Source of the DNA: Verrucomicrobiota bacterium | GTDB lineage: Bacteria > Verrucomicrobiota > Verrucomicrobiia > Palsa-1439 | Direction: 5' to 3' | DNA: 64,000 bases | Assembly (NCBI GenBank): GCA_037127585.1 | Contig: JBAXYB010000005.1 | Span: 603 to 64,602 of the forward strand | Shown here: piece after piece, positions 37,910 through 46,755 of the stretch | Numbering within the stretch: the first letter of the stretch is position 1 | Layout of the letters: each line of letters opens with the position of its first letter | Position numbers and translations under genes: made by a program | The notes under the pieces: model-generated | Told to the model about the DNA's origin: nothing | Database searches by the model: none | What the model saw: only the letters and a program-made list of their open reading frames with translations

Positions 37910-39522
37910 CGAAACACGAACGCGGAATTCTCGTGGGACTATTGGCGCTTTGGGCGGTGTTGTTTCTGCCGAACTTGCGCACGAGTCCGAATTGGTATGG
38001 CGATGAGGGCGAGTGGATGGAGAAGTGTTGGCAGCTCGCGAATGGCCACGCGCGGATCGGGCCGGTCGCTAATGACTTTGTTTATCCGTACCCGTATCCG
38101 CCGCTTTACATGTGGGCGAACGGCATGTTGCTGCGCATCTTCGGCAATGACGTTGTGGTGGGGCGCGCGTTCGGCGCGGTGACGGCGTTGGCGGCTGCGG
38201 GAGTCTTGTTTTGGATTGGGCGGCGACTGAAGGACGAATGGTTCGGCGCGCTGTGTGCGGCGGCTTTGCTCGTGTATGAAAACGCCGACGTGAACTTCCG
38301 CTGGGTCCGGTCGCATCCGTTGACCGGTACGCTGGCGCTTGCGTCGGCCGGTTTCTTGATCCGGTATCTGCAGGACAAACGAGTGCGCGATTTGGCGTTG
38401 GCCGGTTTGCTGACAGCACTGGCGACCGGGTGCAACTACTACGCGGTCGGCATGATTCCCGGTGTGATTGCGGTGGCGGTATGGGTGAACTGGCGCAACT
38501 GGCGGCACCTCGCGGTCGCGGCGTTGACGGCGGGCGCGTTTGGCTTGGTGTTTATGATGTGGTATCTGGCCACGCAGGGCGGTGTCGCGCATTTGCGGGA
38601 GCAAGTCCGACTGATGACCGGGATGGCCGACCCAACGCCGATTCGTGAAATCCTGATGCGCATCGGGAAGTTTCTTTTTGATACGCCGACCGCCATCGGG
38701 GCGAACGGCCCGACCGGTAAGGATCTGTGGTTGTGTGTGGCGGCCATTGGGCTGGTGGCTTTTCCGGTTGCACGGTTGCGCCCTTGGCTAGTGGCTTGGG
38801 CCTTCTTATTGATGTGGCCAATTTTCAAGAAGCAGGACAACGTCTCGTGGTTCTTTTACCCGGCGATGATTTTCTTGCCGCTACTGGCATTGGGAGTGGG
38901 CGGCGCGTTACTGCAGGCCGGTCGGCTCGTGGGTTGGGCGTTGAAGAAGGAAACGTTGGCCACCCGATTGGCCCCGGGGATTGTGGCGCTGGGCTTGTGG
39001 TGTCTGCCGACTCTGGGTGGCGTGTTGGGACATTTCACGACGACAATTGATGGGTTCACGCAGAGGTCGATCCCGGATGCTGAAGCAGCTTTGGCCTACG
39101 TGAATGCGCGCACGAGTGCGGAGGATTTCGTGCTCGTGCCGAAACAGATTTACTGGCTTGTGAAGAAGGCGCGCCGGAGTATGCTCTCGCACTGTGGCCC
39201 GTATGAGGGGCGACCCAATGGGGCGTGGCCGGTGCCGATTCCGCGGTCGGCGTACTGGTTCGATTGCCGGGGGGATCAGGCGAAGTACGTCGTGATCGCT
39301 TCGGGAGTGGATCAGCAAGGGCAGGGGTTCGGTATTGATTTGCTTTATACGCGCGGCGTGGCCGGCGGGCAGGAAGTGGTGGCCAAGATGGTGGCCGAAC
39401 GTTGGCCGGTCGTTTTTCCATTGAACGCGCAGGTGATTTATCCGCCGCAGTTGGGCGGGACATGGCCGGTATTGGTCGGCGGCGAGTACCTGGTGCTCGC
39501 CAATCCAAGACTGACAAAATGA
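37906..39522 (+). CDS. second polytopic GT-C fold glycosyltransferase (ArnT/PMT_2-like)
   Basis: First-loop motif NWYGDEGEW, multiple TMs and a C-terminal soluble domain. ATGA overlap at the start. Confidence 0.7.
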   Translation: MTKHERGILVGLLALWAVLFLPNLRTSPNWYGDEGEWMEKCWQLANGHARIGPVANDFVYPYPYPPLYMWANGMLLRIFGNDVVVGRAFGAVTALAAAGVLFWIGRRLKDEWFGALCAAALLVYENADVNFRWVRSHPLTGTLALASAGFLIRYLQDKRVRDLALAGLLTALATGCNYYAVGMIPGVIAVAVWVNWRNWRHLAVAALTAGAFGLVFMMWYLATQGGVAHLREQVRLMTGMADPTPIREILMRIGKFLFDTPTAIGANGPTGKDLWLCVAAIGLVAFPVARLRPWLVAWAFLLMWPIFKKQDNVSWFFYPAMIFLPLLALGVGGALLQAGRLVGWALKKETLATRLAPGIVALGLWCLPTLGGVLGHFTTTIDGFTQRSIPDAEAALAYVNARTSAEDFVLVPKQIYWLVKKARRSMLSHCGPYEGRPNGAWPVPIPRSAYWFDCRGDQAKYVVIASGVDQQGQGFGIDLLYTRGVAGGQEVVAKMVAERWPVVFPLNAQVIYPPQLGGTWPVLVGGEYLVLANPRLTK

Positions 39523-40247
39523 ACAAAGCACTACTCATCATCCCGACGTATAACGAAAAAGAAAATGTCCGCGGCATTGTCACCGCGGCGCTCGAACAGT
39601 CGCCGGCCATTGAGGTGTTGGTTGTGGATGACGGTTCGCCCGACGGTACCGGGGACATTGTTGTCGAGATGCAAACGAAGGAATCGCGTCTGCATCTGCT
39701 GCGGCGCGCCGGTAAGCAAGGGTTGGGGACGGCTTATATTGCCGGGTTCAAGTGGGGCTTGGCGCGCGACTATGCGTTCATCATGGAAATGGACGCGGAC
39801 TTTTCGCACGATCCCAAAGAGCTTCCGAATTTCTTGAAGGCGATTGAGGAGGCGGACTTGGTGTTGGGTTCGCGGTACACCGAAGGCGCGGTGCGGGTGG
39901 TGAACTGGCCGTTGTCGCGGTTGATTTTGAGCAAGGGCGCATCGTTGTATGTCCGAATCATCACGGGGATGCCGGTGATGGATCCGACCGGCGGGTTCAA
40001 ATGTTTTCGCCGGCAGGTTTTGGAAAACATCCCGCTCGATGGCATTCGCAGCAACGGATACGCTTTTCAAATCGAAATGAGTTATCAAACATGGATGCGC
40101 GGCTTTCGGATTCGGGAAATCCCCATCACCTTCACTGATCGGCTGGCCGGTAAATCGAAGATGTCGGGACGGATTGTTCGCGAAGCGTTGTGGATGGTTT
40201 GGGGGATGGCGTCGGCGCAGGGTTTCCGGCGGTGCCCGCGAAAATGA
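39519..40247 (+). CDS. polyprenol-phosphate mannose synthase (Ppm1/DPM1-like GT2)
   Basis: ALLIIPTYNEKENV, VVDDGSPDGT, MDADFSHDP, GSRY and the GGFKCFRR motifs characteristic of DPM1/Ppm1. ATG 39519 overlaps the previous stop. Confidence 0.88.
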   Translation: MNKALLIIPTYNEKENVRGIVTAALEQSPAIEVLVVDDGSPDGTGDIVVEMQTKESRLHLLRRAGKQGLGTAYIAGFKWGLARDYAFIMEMDADFSHDPKELPNFLKAIEEADLVLGSRYTEGAVRVVNWPLSRLILSKGASLYVRIITGMPVMDPTGGFKCFRRQVLENIPLDGIRSNGYAFQIEMSYQTWMRGFRIREIPITFTDRLAGKSKMSGRIVREALWMVWGMASAQGFRRCPRK

Positions 40248-43200
40248 GCGATTCGATCCAACGGTTTTACAGTCGGCGGGATTGGCTGGCGGGCGGGATT
40301 GCGTGGGCGGTGGCGTTTGCCGGCTATCTGTGGACGCTGGCGCCGAGCGTAACGCTGGAGGACTCGGGGGAGTTTTTGACGGCGGCCTACAATCTGGGCG
40401 TGCCGCATCCGCCGGGGTACCCGATCTGGACGATGCTGGCGTGGCTCTGGTGCCACCTCGTGCCGGTCGGGAATATCGGTTGGCGCGGGAATTTGATGTC
40501 GGCGTTTTTCAGCACGTTGGCGTGCGGGTTGGTTGCGTTGTTGGTGTCGAAGAGTGGGCGTGTCTTGGTGCAGAAAGTCGACTTCTTGCAGGCAGCGGTG
40601 AGTCAGCGGCTGATGGATCTCATTGTGTTGGCCAGTGCGATCTGCGCGGGGTTGTTGCTGGCGTTCAGCCCGGTCATGTGGTCGCAGGGAATCATCACGG
40701 AGGTCTACGGCTTAAACGCGTGCCTCTTCCTGGCGACGTTGGTCGTGTTGTACCGGTGGAGTTTTGAGCCGGAGAAACGCTGGCGGCTCTATCTGGCGGC
40801 GTTGATTTGGGGCGTGGGGTTGACGGCTCACCAGACGCTCGTGTTGTTGACGGTGGCGTTTCCGACATTCATCTGGTTCACCGACCGGAAGTTTGGGCGG
40901 AATGTGCTCGTGCCGGTTCTCCTCGTTGCCGCATTGGGATTGCTTGGTGAAGTCAAAGGCACTTGGACGACGCTGCACAAGTTGGAGGAAGTCCACGACC
41001 AGGCCGTCGCCACCGGCAACACGAATGTGGCGTCTCCATGGGACACCTACAAGTTTCCGTTGTTGGTCTATATCGGCTTGGTGGCTGGCGCGGGCTACTG
41101 GCTGTATCTGCTGTTGAAAGATCGCGACTGGCGCGGGCCGGCTCTGACGCTTCTGGGAGTCGTCGCGCTCGGCGGCGTCTTCGGCGGGCTGGCGCTCCGG
41201 TATCTGGAAAATGATGCGCGTGGCGTTTGGTTGCTGCTGGCCGGCATTCTAGCTATGGTCGGTTTGGCCGGCTGGATTTATGCGGGGCGGCACGGGCCGA
41301 CCGAAGATGTCCGGCATGCGTCACAGGCCTTGCTCGTCTACGTGGCGGTCTGTCTGGGTTTGTCTTTGTACGGCTATCTCTATTTCTCGTCCTGCACGAA
41401 CCCGCCGATGAACTGGGGCCATTGCAGCCAGTGGGAAGGGTTCAAACATCACTTCACGCGTGGGCAGTACGATAAAATCCATCTGGATCGGACGTTCCTC
41501 CAGTTTTGGGGGCAGCTCAACATGTTCTTTGACGACTTGCAGTGGCAATTCAACATTGTCTATGCCTTGTTGGCATTGTTCGCGTTATTCTTTTTTCGGG
41601 ACCTTGGAGATAGTGAACGGAATTGGTTGAGGTTCTTGTTTATCGGCTTTCTCTGCCTTGGGATCGGTTTCATTTTTCTGTCCAATCCGACTTTTGAAAA
41701 ACAAAAACAGTTCACCGACCGCGTCTTCTTTCTCCCGTGTCATTGTATTTATTCGTTGTGGATTGGTTATGGATTGATCTTAGGGCTGGGCTATCTCTTC
41801 ACCGAGAAACCGGCGTTGCAACGTGCGGCGGCTGCGGTGGCGGTGGTTGTGCTCGTGTTACCGGCGGGGTCGTGGTGGCGCAACTGGCGGGATCAGGAAC
41901 AACGGGGTCACGATTTCGGATACCGGTTCGGCTATCTGATGTTCAAGCCCGGCGGCGACTATCCCGAAATGGACCGCGACGCCGTCCTCTATGGCGGCAC
42001 CGATCCCGGGCGGTTTGTGCCGACGTATATGATTTTCGTCGAGAGCTTCGCCACAGCCAAGACGCACAGTGAAAAATGTCCCGACAGCGCCACGTTTGAC
42101 CGGCGTGATGTTTACATCATCACCCAGAACGCGCTCGCGGACACCACTTATATGGCTTACATCCGCGACCATTACGACTTCAGCCGGCCACGCAGTGACG
42201 CGCCCCTGACGTTGACGAACCGGTCCGGACTTTATCGCGGGTTGCTCGGCCATGCCGCGACCTATCCGAAACAACCCATTTGGATTCCCTCTGAACAAGA
42301 TTCCCAACTCGCCTTCGGCCGGTATGTCGAGGAACTCAAGACTCGCGCGCCCATGCCGGGGGAAGATGTGCGGGTCGAAAACGGTCATGTCAGTGTGCAA
42401 GGTGTGGCCGGCGTCATGGCCATCAATGGGTACCTGACGAAAGACATCTTCGAGCACAATAAAGATAACCATTCGTTCTATGTCGAAGAAAGCTACGTCA
42501 TCCAGTGGATGTATCCGTATCTGGAGCCGTTCGGCATCATTCTCAAGATCAACTCCAACCCGCTGCCGGCCATAACGCCGGCCATGGTCGCGCGTGACAC
42601 GGCTTACTGGAATGCGCTCGCCGCGGATTTATCCGGCGATCCAAAATTCCACCGGGACGATGTCGCGCAGAAAACATTTTCCAAATTGCGCTCCGCCATC
42701 GGCGGGGTCTATGCGTACCGGCATATGATTAGCGAAGCTGAAGCCGCGTTCACGCAGGCAATTGGTCTTTGCCCGGACAGTCCCGAAGCCAATTACCGGC
42801 TTGCCCAACTCTACATTGAACAGCGCCGGTTCGACGCCGCGATCTCCGTCCTCGAAAACTACCAGAAGCACGATTCTTTCAATCCCAAGATTCGCGAGGC
42901 CATTGAGCAGGTCAAAAAGATGCGCGACGATCTGGCCACGACGGCGGACTTGGAAAAACAATTGCTTGCCCAGCCCGGGAACATTCAAGTCGCCATGCAA
43001 CTGGCGCGCGCATTAGCTTCCGGTCAACGCTTGGATGCGTTTGATAATCTCGTTAACCAACTGGTGACCGCGCCCGATCTTCCGCAGGCCGATTACTTGA
43101 CGTTGATCAACTATTACGCCCAGCTCAATCGGGGCGAGCGGGTGTTGACGTTGCTCAGCGACTTTACGCGCCGGTACCCGCAGAACGCCCTCGGGTGGTA

Positions 43201-43426
43201 CAACTACAGTTGCGTCCTCAGTCTGAAAGGCAATTGCCTCGATGGAATGGCGGCGTTAAGCCGCGCGTTGCAGTTGGATGGTCCGGAACGCCAGATTCAT
43301 CTTGTGGCGAGCCAGGATAAGCGGTTCGCAAATTGTCGAAACTCGCCGCAGTTCCAACAGCTCATGGGGGGCGCTGGTACACCGGTAACGACTCCCAGTA
43401 ACCTACCGTTCCGGCTCACCCAATAG
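40244..43426 (+). CDS. DUF2723 (TMEM260-like) polytopic GT-C protein with C-terminal TPR repeats (about 1060 aa)
   Basis: N-terminal signature AGYLWTLAPSVTLEDSGEFLTAAYNLGVPHPPGYP, more than 10 TMs, a large soluble region and TPR-like repeats at the C-terminus (AEAAFTQAIGLCPDSPEANYRLAQLY...). ATG 40244 overlaps the previous stop. Confidence 0.8.
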   Translation: MSDSIQRFYSRRDWLAGGIAWAVAFAGYLWTLAPSVTLEDSGEFLTAAYNLGVPHPPGYPIWTMLAWLWCHLVPVGNIGWRGNLMSAFFSTLACGLVALLVSKSGRVLVQKVDFLQAAVSQRLMDLIVLASAICAGLLLAFSPVMWSQGIITEVYGLNACLFLATLVVLYRWSFEPEKRWRLYLAALIWGVGLTAHQTLVLLTVAFPTFIWFTDRKFGRNVLVPVLLVAALGLLGEVKGTWTTLHKLEEVHDQAVATGNTNVASPWDTYKFPLLVYIGLVAGAGYWLYLLLKDRDWRGPALTLLGVVALGGVFGGLALRYLENDARGVWLLLAGILAMVGLAGWIYAGRHGPTEDVRHASQALLVYVAVCLGLSLYGYLYFSSCTNPPMNWGHCSQWEGFKHHFTRGQYDKIHLDRTFLQFWGQLNMFFDDLQWQFNIVYALLALFALFFFRDLGDSERNWLRFLFIGFLCLGIGFIFLSNPTFEKQKQFTDRVFFLPCHCIYSLWIGYGLILGLGYLFTEKPALQRAAAAVAVVVLVLPAGSWWRNWRDQEQRGHDFGYRFGYLMFKPGGDYPEMDRDAVLYGGTDPGRFVPTYMIFVESFATAKTHSEKCPDSATFDRRDVYIITQNALADTTYMAYIRDHYDFSRPRSDAPLTLTNRSGLYRGLLGHAATYPKQPIWIPSEQDSQLAFGRYVEELKTRAPMPGEDVRVENGHVSVQGVAGVMAINGYLTKDIFEHNKDNHSFYVEESYVIQWMYPYLEPFGIILKINSNPLPAITPAMVARDTAYWNALAADLSGDPKFHRDDVAQKTFSKLRSAIGGVYAYRHMISEAEAAFTQAIGLCPDSPEANYRLAQLYIEQRRFDAAISVLENYQKHDSFNPKIREAIEQVKKMRDDLATTADLEKQLLAQPGNIQVAMQLARALASGQRLDAFDNLVNQLVTAPDLPQADYLTLINYYAQLNRGERVLTLLSDFTRRYPQNALGWYNYSCVLSLKGNCLDGMAALSRALQLDGPERQIHLVASQDKRFANCRNSPQFQQLMGGAGTPVTTPSNLPFRLTQ

Positions 43427-43431
43427 GCCGG

Positions 43432-43944
43432 TCAGTTGCCGAGCGGTAACACCAGTTTCACGCCGACGAATTGCCGGCCGACCGTCTGCAAATTGATATC
43501 CGACTGGAACCGCGTCGCGTTGAGTGTGTCGAGGAGGATGTTGCCGCTGTTAAGTCGGCTCGATTTCGGTGTCGTGGGGGCAGACGAGAAATCGCGCACA
43601 CCGTAGTCGAAGCGGAGTTGATCCTCGACGTTCTTCACAAACTCTTGCAACACGAACGTGGTCTGATCGAGTTGGTATTTTGCGGCTTGGAGCGAGCCTT
43701 TGACCGGCGCAGCATCCTTATCCGTGATCCCGAAGTCGGCTTCGAACTTCACCCACCGGTCACCGGTTGACCCGGTCTGCCGGCGAGTTGCACTGGTTTG
43801 AGTGGTTGAAACAGTCGTGACGGTATTGCTTTTACCTGCGGGGGCGTTGAGCAGTGAAAGTGGCACTTGGTCGACAATCAGCTCGGCCAACGAGTTAATC
43901 GTGAACCCGAGGAAAAAGGCCAGTAATCGAAGCGCGCTTTTCAT
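43432..43944 (-). CDS. hypothetical secreted protein (170 aa)
   Basis: Signal peptide MKSALRLLAFFLGFTINSLA. No family recognised. Convergent with the glycosylation operon. Confidence 0.5.
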   Translation of the reverse strand: MKSALRLLAFFLGFTINSLAELIVDQVPLSLLNAPAGKSNTVTTVSTTQTSATRRQTGSTGDRWVKFEADFGITDKDAAPVKGSLQAAKYQLDQTTFVLQEFVKNVEDQLRFDYGVRDFSSAPTTPKSSRLNSGNILLDTLNATRFQSDINLQTVGRQFVGVKLVLPLGN

Positions 43945-44041
43945 CGCTGCCTAAAGGTAATCGATCCGGTCCGACTGTAAAGCCTCGGAAATAGTTGAGG
44001 CAAGCGGGAAAGCTGGCCCACGCAGTGCTTAGTAAAGAGCC

Positions 44042-44293
44042 ATGCGGCACAGCAAAGACAATCGAACCGGTGAACGCGCCAGCAGCCTCCAGGCGCTGAA
44101 ACTAGCCGTCGTCGATGGTACCGCGTGGCGCTATGACCAATTGGTCGCCCTCGCGACGGCCGCCGGTGCGAGTGACGAAGAGATTGATGACGTGGCTTCG
44201 ACCGCCATCCACACCTTGCTGACCGGTGCGGAACAGCCCTTGACCGCGCGAGAGTTGGCCCACGATTGGACGGGCGGACATTTCCGCGCCTGA
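44042..44293 (+). CDS. hypothetical small protein (83 aa)
   Basis: ORF only. Sequence composition is plausible, but no family is recognised. Confidence 0.3.
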   Translation: MRHSKDNRTGERASSLQALKLAVVDGTAWRYDQLVALATAAGASDEEIDDVASTAIHTLLTGAEQPLTARELAHDWTGGHFRA

Positions 44294-44358
44294 CGCCGTG
44301 CTTTTTTGTACGAGTGGGGCTTGATTTCCCCGGGGGGCGCGTGGTAGCGTCCCGCCCC

Positions 44359-45441
44359 ATGAATAAAACTCTTTGCCTTCTTCTGACCGGCCTGGTGGCC
44401 GCTTCCACGTACGCCCAAGACAAATCGGCCCCAGCCCCGGCGCCCATGCACAAGCCGGAGGACGTCGTCGCGCGGGTGGGCGACATCACCATTCAATGGA
44501 AGGAAGTGGACACGGCGGTTCGCGCCTTCACCCGCCAATTCACCGCCTCCGGGCGCGAGTTCCCGGCGGAGCAGCTGCCCCAATTGCAGTACAGCATCGT
44601 GAACGACATGGTCAGCCACGAACTCGTGGTGCAAGCCAGCAAGGGCAATGAACCCAAGGACCTCGATGCCCAAGTCAAGAAGCAGATCGAGCAGGCCAAA
44701 ACTCAGCTCGGCGGCGATGAAAATTTCACCAAAGCTCTTGAAGAGATGGGCATGACCCGCGGCGATTACGAGAAGCGCCTCCGGGAAGGTCTCGTCGCGC
44801 AGGCGGCCATCAAGCAACTCGTGGACGCCAAGGTCATAATTAGCGGCGACGAGTCCAAGAAATTCTACGACGAGAACCGCAGCAAATTCGTCACTCCCGA
44901 ACGGGTTCGCGCCAGCCATATCCTGATTCTGTTGTCGCCGGACGCCACCGATGAAGTCAAAACCCAAAAACTAACGCAGATCAAAGCGGCTCAGTCCATC
45001 GTCAAAGGCGGCGACAAGTTCGAAGATGTTGCCCGCAAGTTCTCGGAAGATCCCGGCAGCGCCGCGCAAGGTGGCGACCTCGGTTACTTCACCCGCGACC
45101 GGATGGTTAAGGAATTTGCCGACGTGGCGTTTGCGCTGAAGACGAACGAAGTCAGCGACATTGTCACAACCCAATTCGGCTACCACATCATCAAGAGCAC
45201 TGGCCACAATGCGGCCGGCGAACGCGCCTACAGTGAAGCCAAGGAAGACATTGAAAAGTACCTGAAAAACCAAAAGGCTCAGGACGTTGTTCAAGAATAT
45301 GTCGAAGGGTTGCGCGCCAAAGCCAAGATCGAGATCTTGCTGCCGAAGCCCGAAGCCACCGCCATCCCGCCCCGAGCGGTCCCAGCTTCCAAACCAATGC
45401 CGACTGTCGAAACCAAGCCGGTGGCCGCGCCGAAGCCCTGA
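44359..45441 (+). CDS. periplasmic parvulin-type peptidyl-prolyl isomerase (SurA/PrsA-like)
   Basis: Signal peptide MNKTLCLLLTGLVAASTYA, and a PpiC rotamase domain (RASHILI ... GGDLGYFTRDRMVKEFADVAF ... TQFGYHIIK). Confidence 0.85.
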   Translation: MNKTLCLLLTGLVAASTYAQDKSAPAPAPMHKPEDVVARVGDITIQWKEVDTAVRAFTRQFTASGREFPAEQLPQLQYSIVNDMVSHELVVQASKGNEPKDLDAQVKKQIEQAKTQLGGDENFTKALEEMGMTRGDYEKRLREGLVAQAAIKQLVDAKVIISGDESKKFYDENRSKFVTPERVRASHILILLSPDATDEVKTQKLTQIKAAQSIVKGGDKFEDVARKFSEDPGSAAQGGDLGYFTRDRMVKEFADVAFALKTNEVSDIVTTQFGYHIIKSTGHNAAGERAYSEAKEDIEKYLKNQKAQDVVQEYVEGLRAKAKIEILLPKPEATAIPPRAVPASKPMPTVETKPVAAPKP

Positions 45442-45499
45442 CCGGCGGCGTTTGCGGGTTTGACGCTCACGCGCCGACTCCGTAGAGTTGCCGGCCAGC

Positions 45500-46753
45500 A
45501 TGAGCACTACCGCGATTATCGAGGCCGTCCTGCTCGGGTTGTGCCTGGTGAGTTCGGCGTTCTTCTCGGCCGCGGAGATTGCGCTGTTTGCCTTGAGCAA
45601 ATTGCAAGTCCGGCGGCTCCGGCAAGAACACCCGGCCCGCGGCCAACTCATCAGCGAACTGCTCGACCGGTCCCAACGCCTGCTCTCGGCAATTCTCTTC
45701 GGTAACACCCTAGTCAATATCGCCGCCGCCGTGGCCGGCTACGACATTCTCCGCCGAATCGTGCCGGCGCATGCGGATGCGCTGTCAGTGCCGGTCATGA
45801 CGTTGCTGATTTTGGTTTGCGGCGAAGTCAGCCCGAAGGCCATCGTCATCCGGCATCCAGAGTTCTTCGCGATTCGGTTAGCGCCACTCATCGACTTCTT
45901 CGAACGCGCGACCCGGCAAGTCCGGCGCAGCTTTGAGAGCCTGTCGGCTTTCATTGTGCGTTCGATTGAACGCCTGTCGTACTTTGCCGGCCGCAAGGCA
46001 CGCGGTAGTGAGCCGACGACCGACGAATACCGGACATTGCTTCACGTCAGCGAACGCGCCGGTATCGTGCGGCGGGAGGAGCGCGACATGGTGAACAAGA
46101 TCCTCGCGCTCGATAAGATGCAGGTGCGCGAAATTATGACGCCGCGGTTGGATATGCAGTGTTTGGAAGACTCGCTCACGCCGGCGCAGATGATTGAGAC
46201 GTTGCGGACGTATAAACACCGGCGCGTCCCGATCATCCATGATTCCGCGGACACCGTGGAAGGCATGCTCAATGTGAAAGAGTTTCTCGTCGATCCGCAC
46301 CGGGAACTTGATGAGGTGGTGGAGTTGCCGAATTTCATTCCGGACACGATGAGCGTCGGTAAGTTGCTGAAGAGTTTCCGGAAACAGGAACACCCGGTCG
46401 CGATTGTGGTCGATGAGTACGGCGGCACCCAGGGCATGGTCACGCTCGAAGATATTCTCGAAGAAATCGTCGGCGAGATTGAAGATGAATTCGATGCGAG
46501 CGAAGTGCTGATCCAGCATCTCGGCGACCGGCGCTGGCTGATCAACGGCAAGGCGCGTTTGGAGTACGTCAACAGCCAGTGCGGGCTGCACTTGGAGGCG
46601 GACGGGGTCGAGACGATTGCCGGCTGGATGATCGCCGAACTGGGGTCGTTACCGAAAGATGGCGACCGCGTGCAGATTGCCGGCGTCCGCATCACCGCGC
46701 GCAAAGTGGTGAAGAATCGCGTCCGCGAACTGGAACTGGAGGTCACCGAGTAA
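45500..46753 (+). CDS. CNNM/CorC family transporter (DUF21 membrane domain, CBS pair, CorC_HlyC domain)
   Basis: FFSAAEIALFAL, the LILVCGEVSPK motif, CBS pair (VREIMTPR ... VVDEYGGTQGMVTLEDILEEIVGEIEDE) and a C-terminal transporter-associated domain. Confidence 0.85.
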   Translation: MSTTAIIEAVLLGLCLVSSAFFSAAEIALFALSKLQVRRLRQEHPARGQLISELLDRSQRLLSAILFGNTLVNIAAAVAGYDILRRIVPAHADALSVPVMTLLILVCGEVSPKAIVIRHPEFFAIRLAPLIDFFERATRQVRRSFESLSAFIVRSIERLSYFAGRKARGSEPTTDEYRTLLHVSERAGIVRREERDMVNKILALDKMQVREIMTPRLDMQCLEDSLTPAQMIETLRTYKHRRVPIIHDSADTVEGMLNVKEFLVDPHRELDEVVELPNFIPDTMSVGKLLKSFRKQEHPVAIVVDEYGGTQGMVTLEDILEEIVGEIEDEFDASEVLIQHLGDRRWLINGKARLEYVNSQCGLHLEADGVETIAGWMIAELGSLPKDGDRVQIAGVRITARKVVKNRVRELELEVTE

Positions 46754-46755
46754 GT

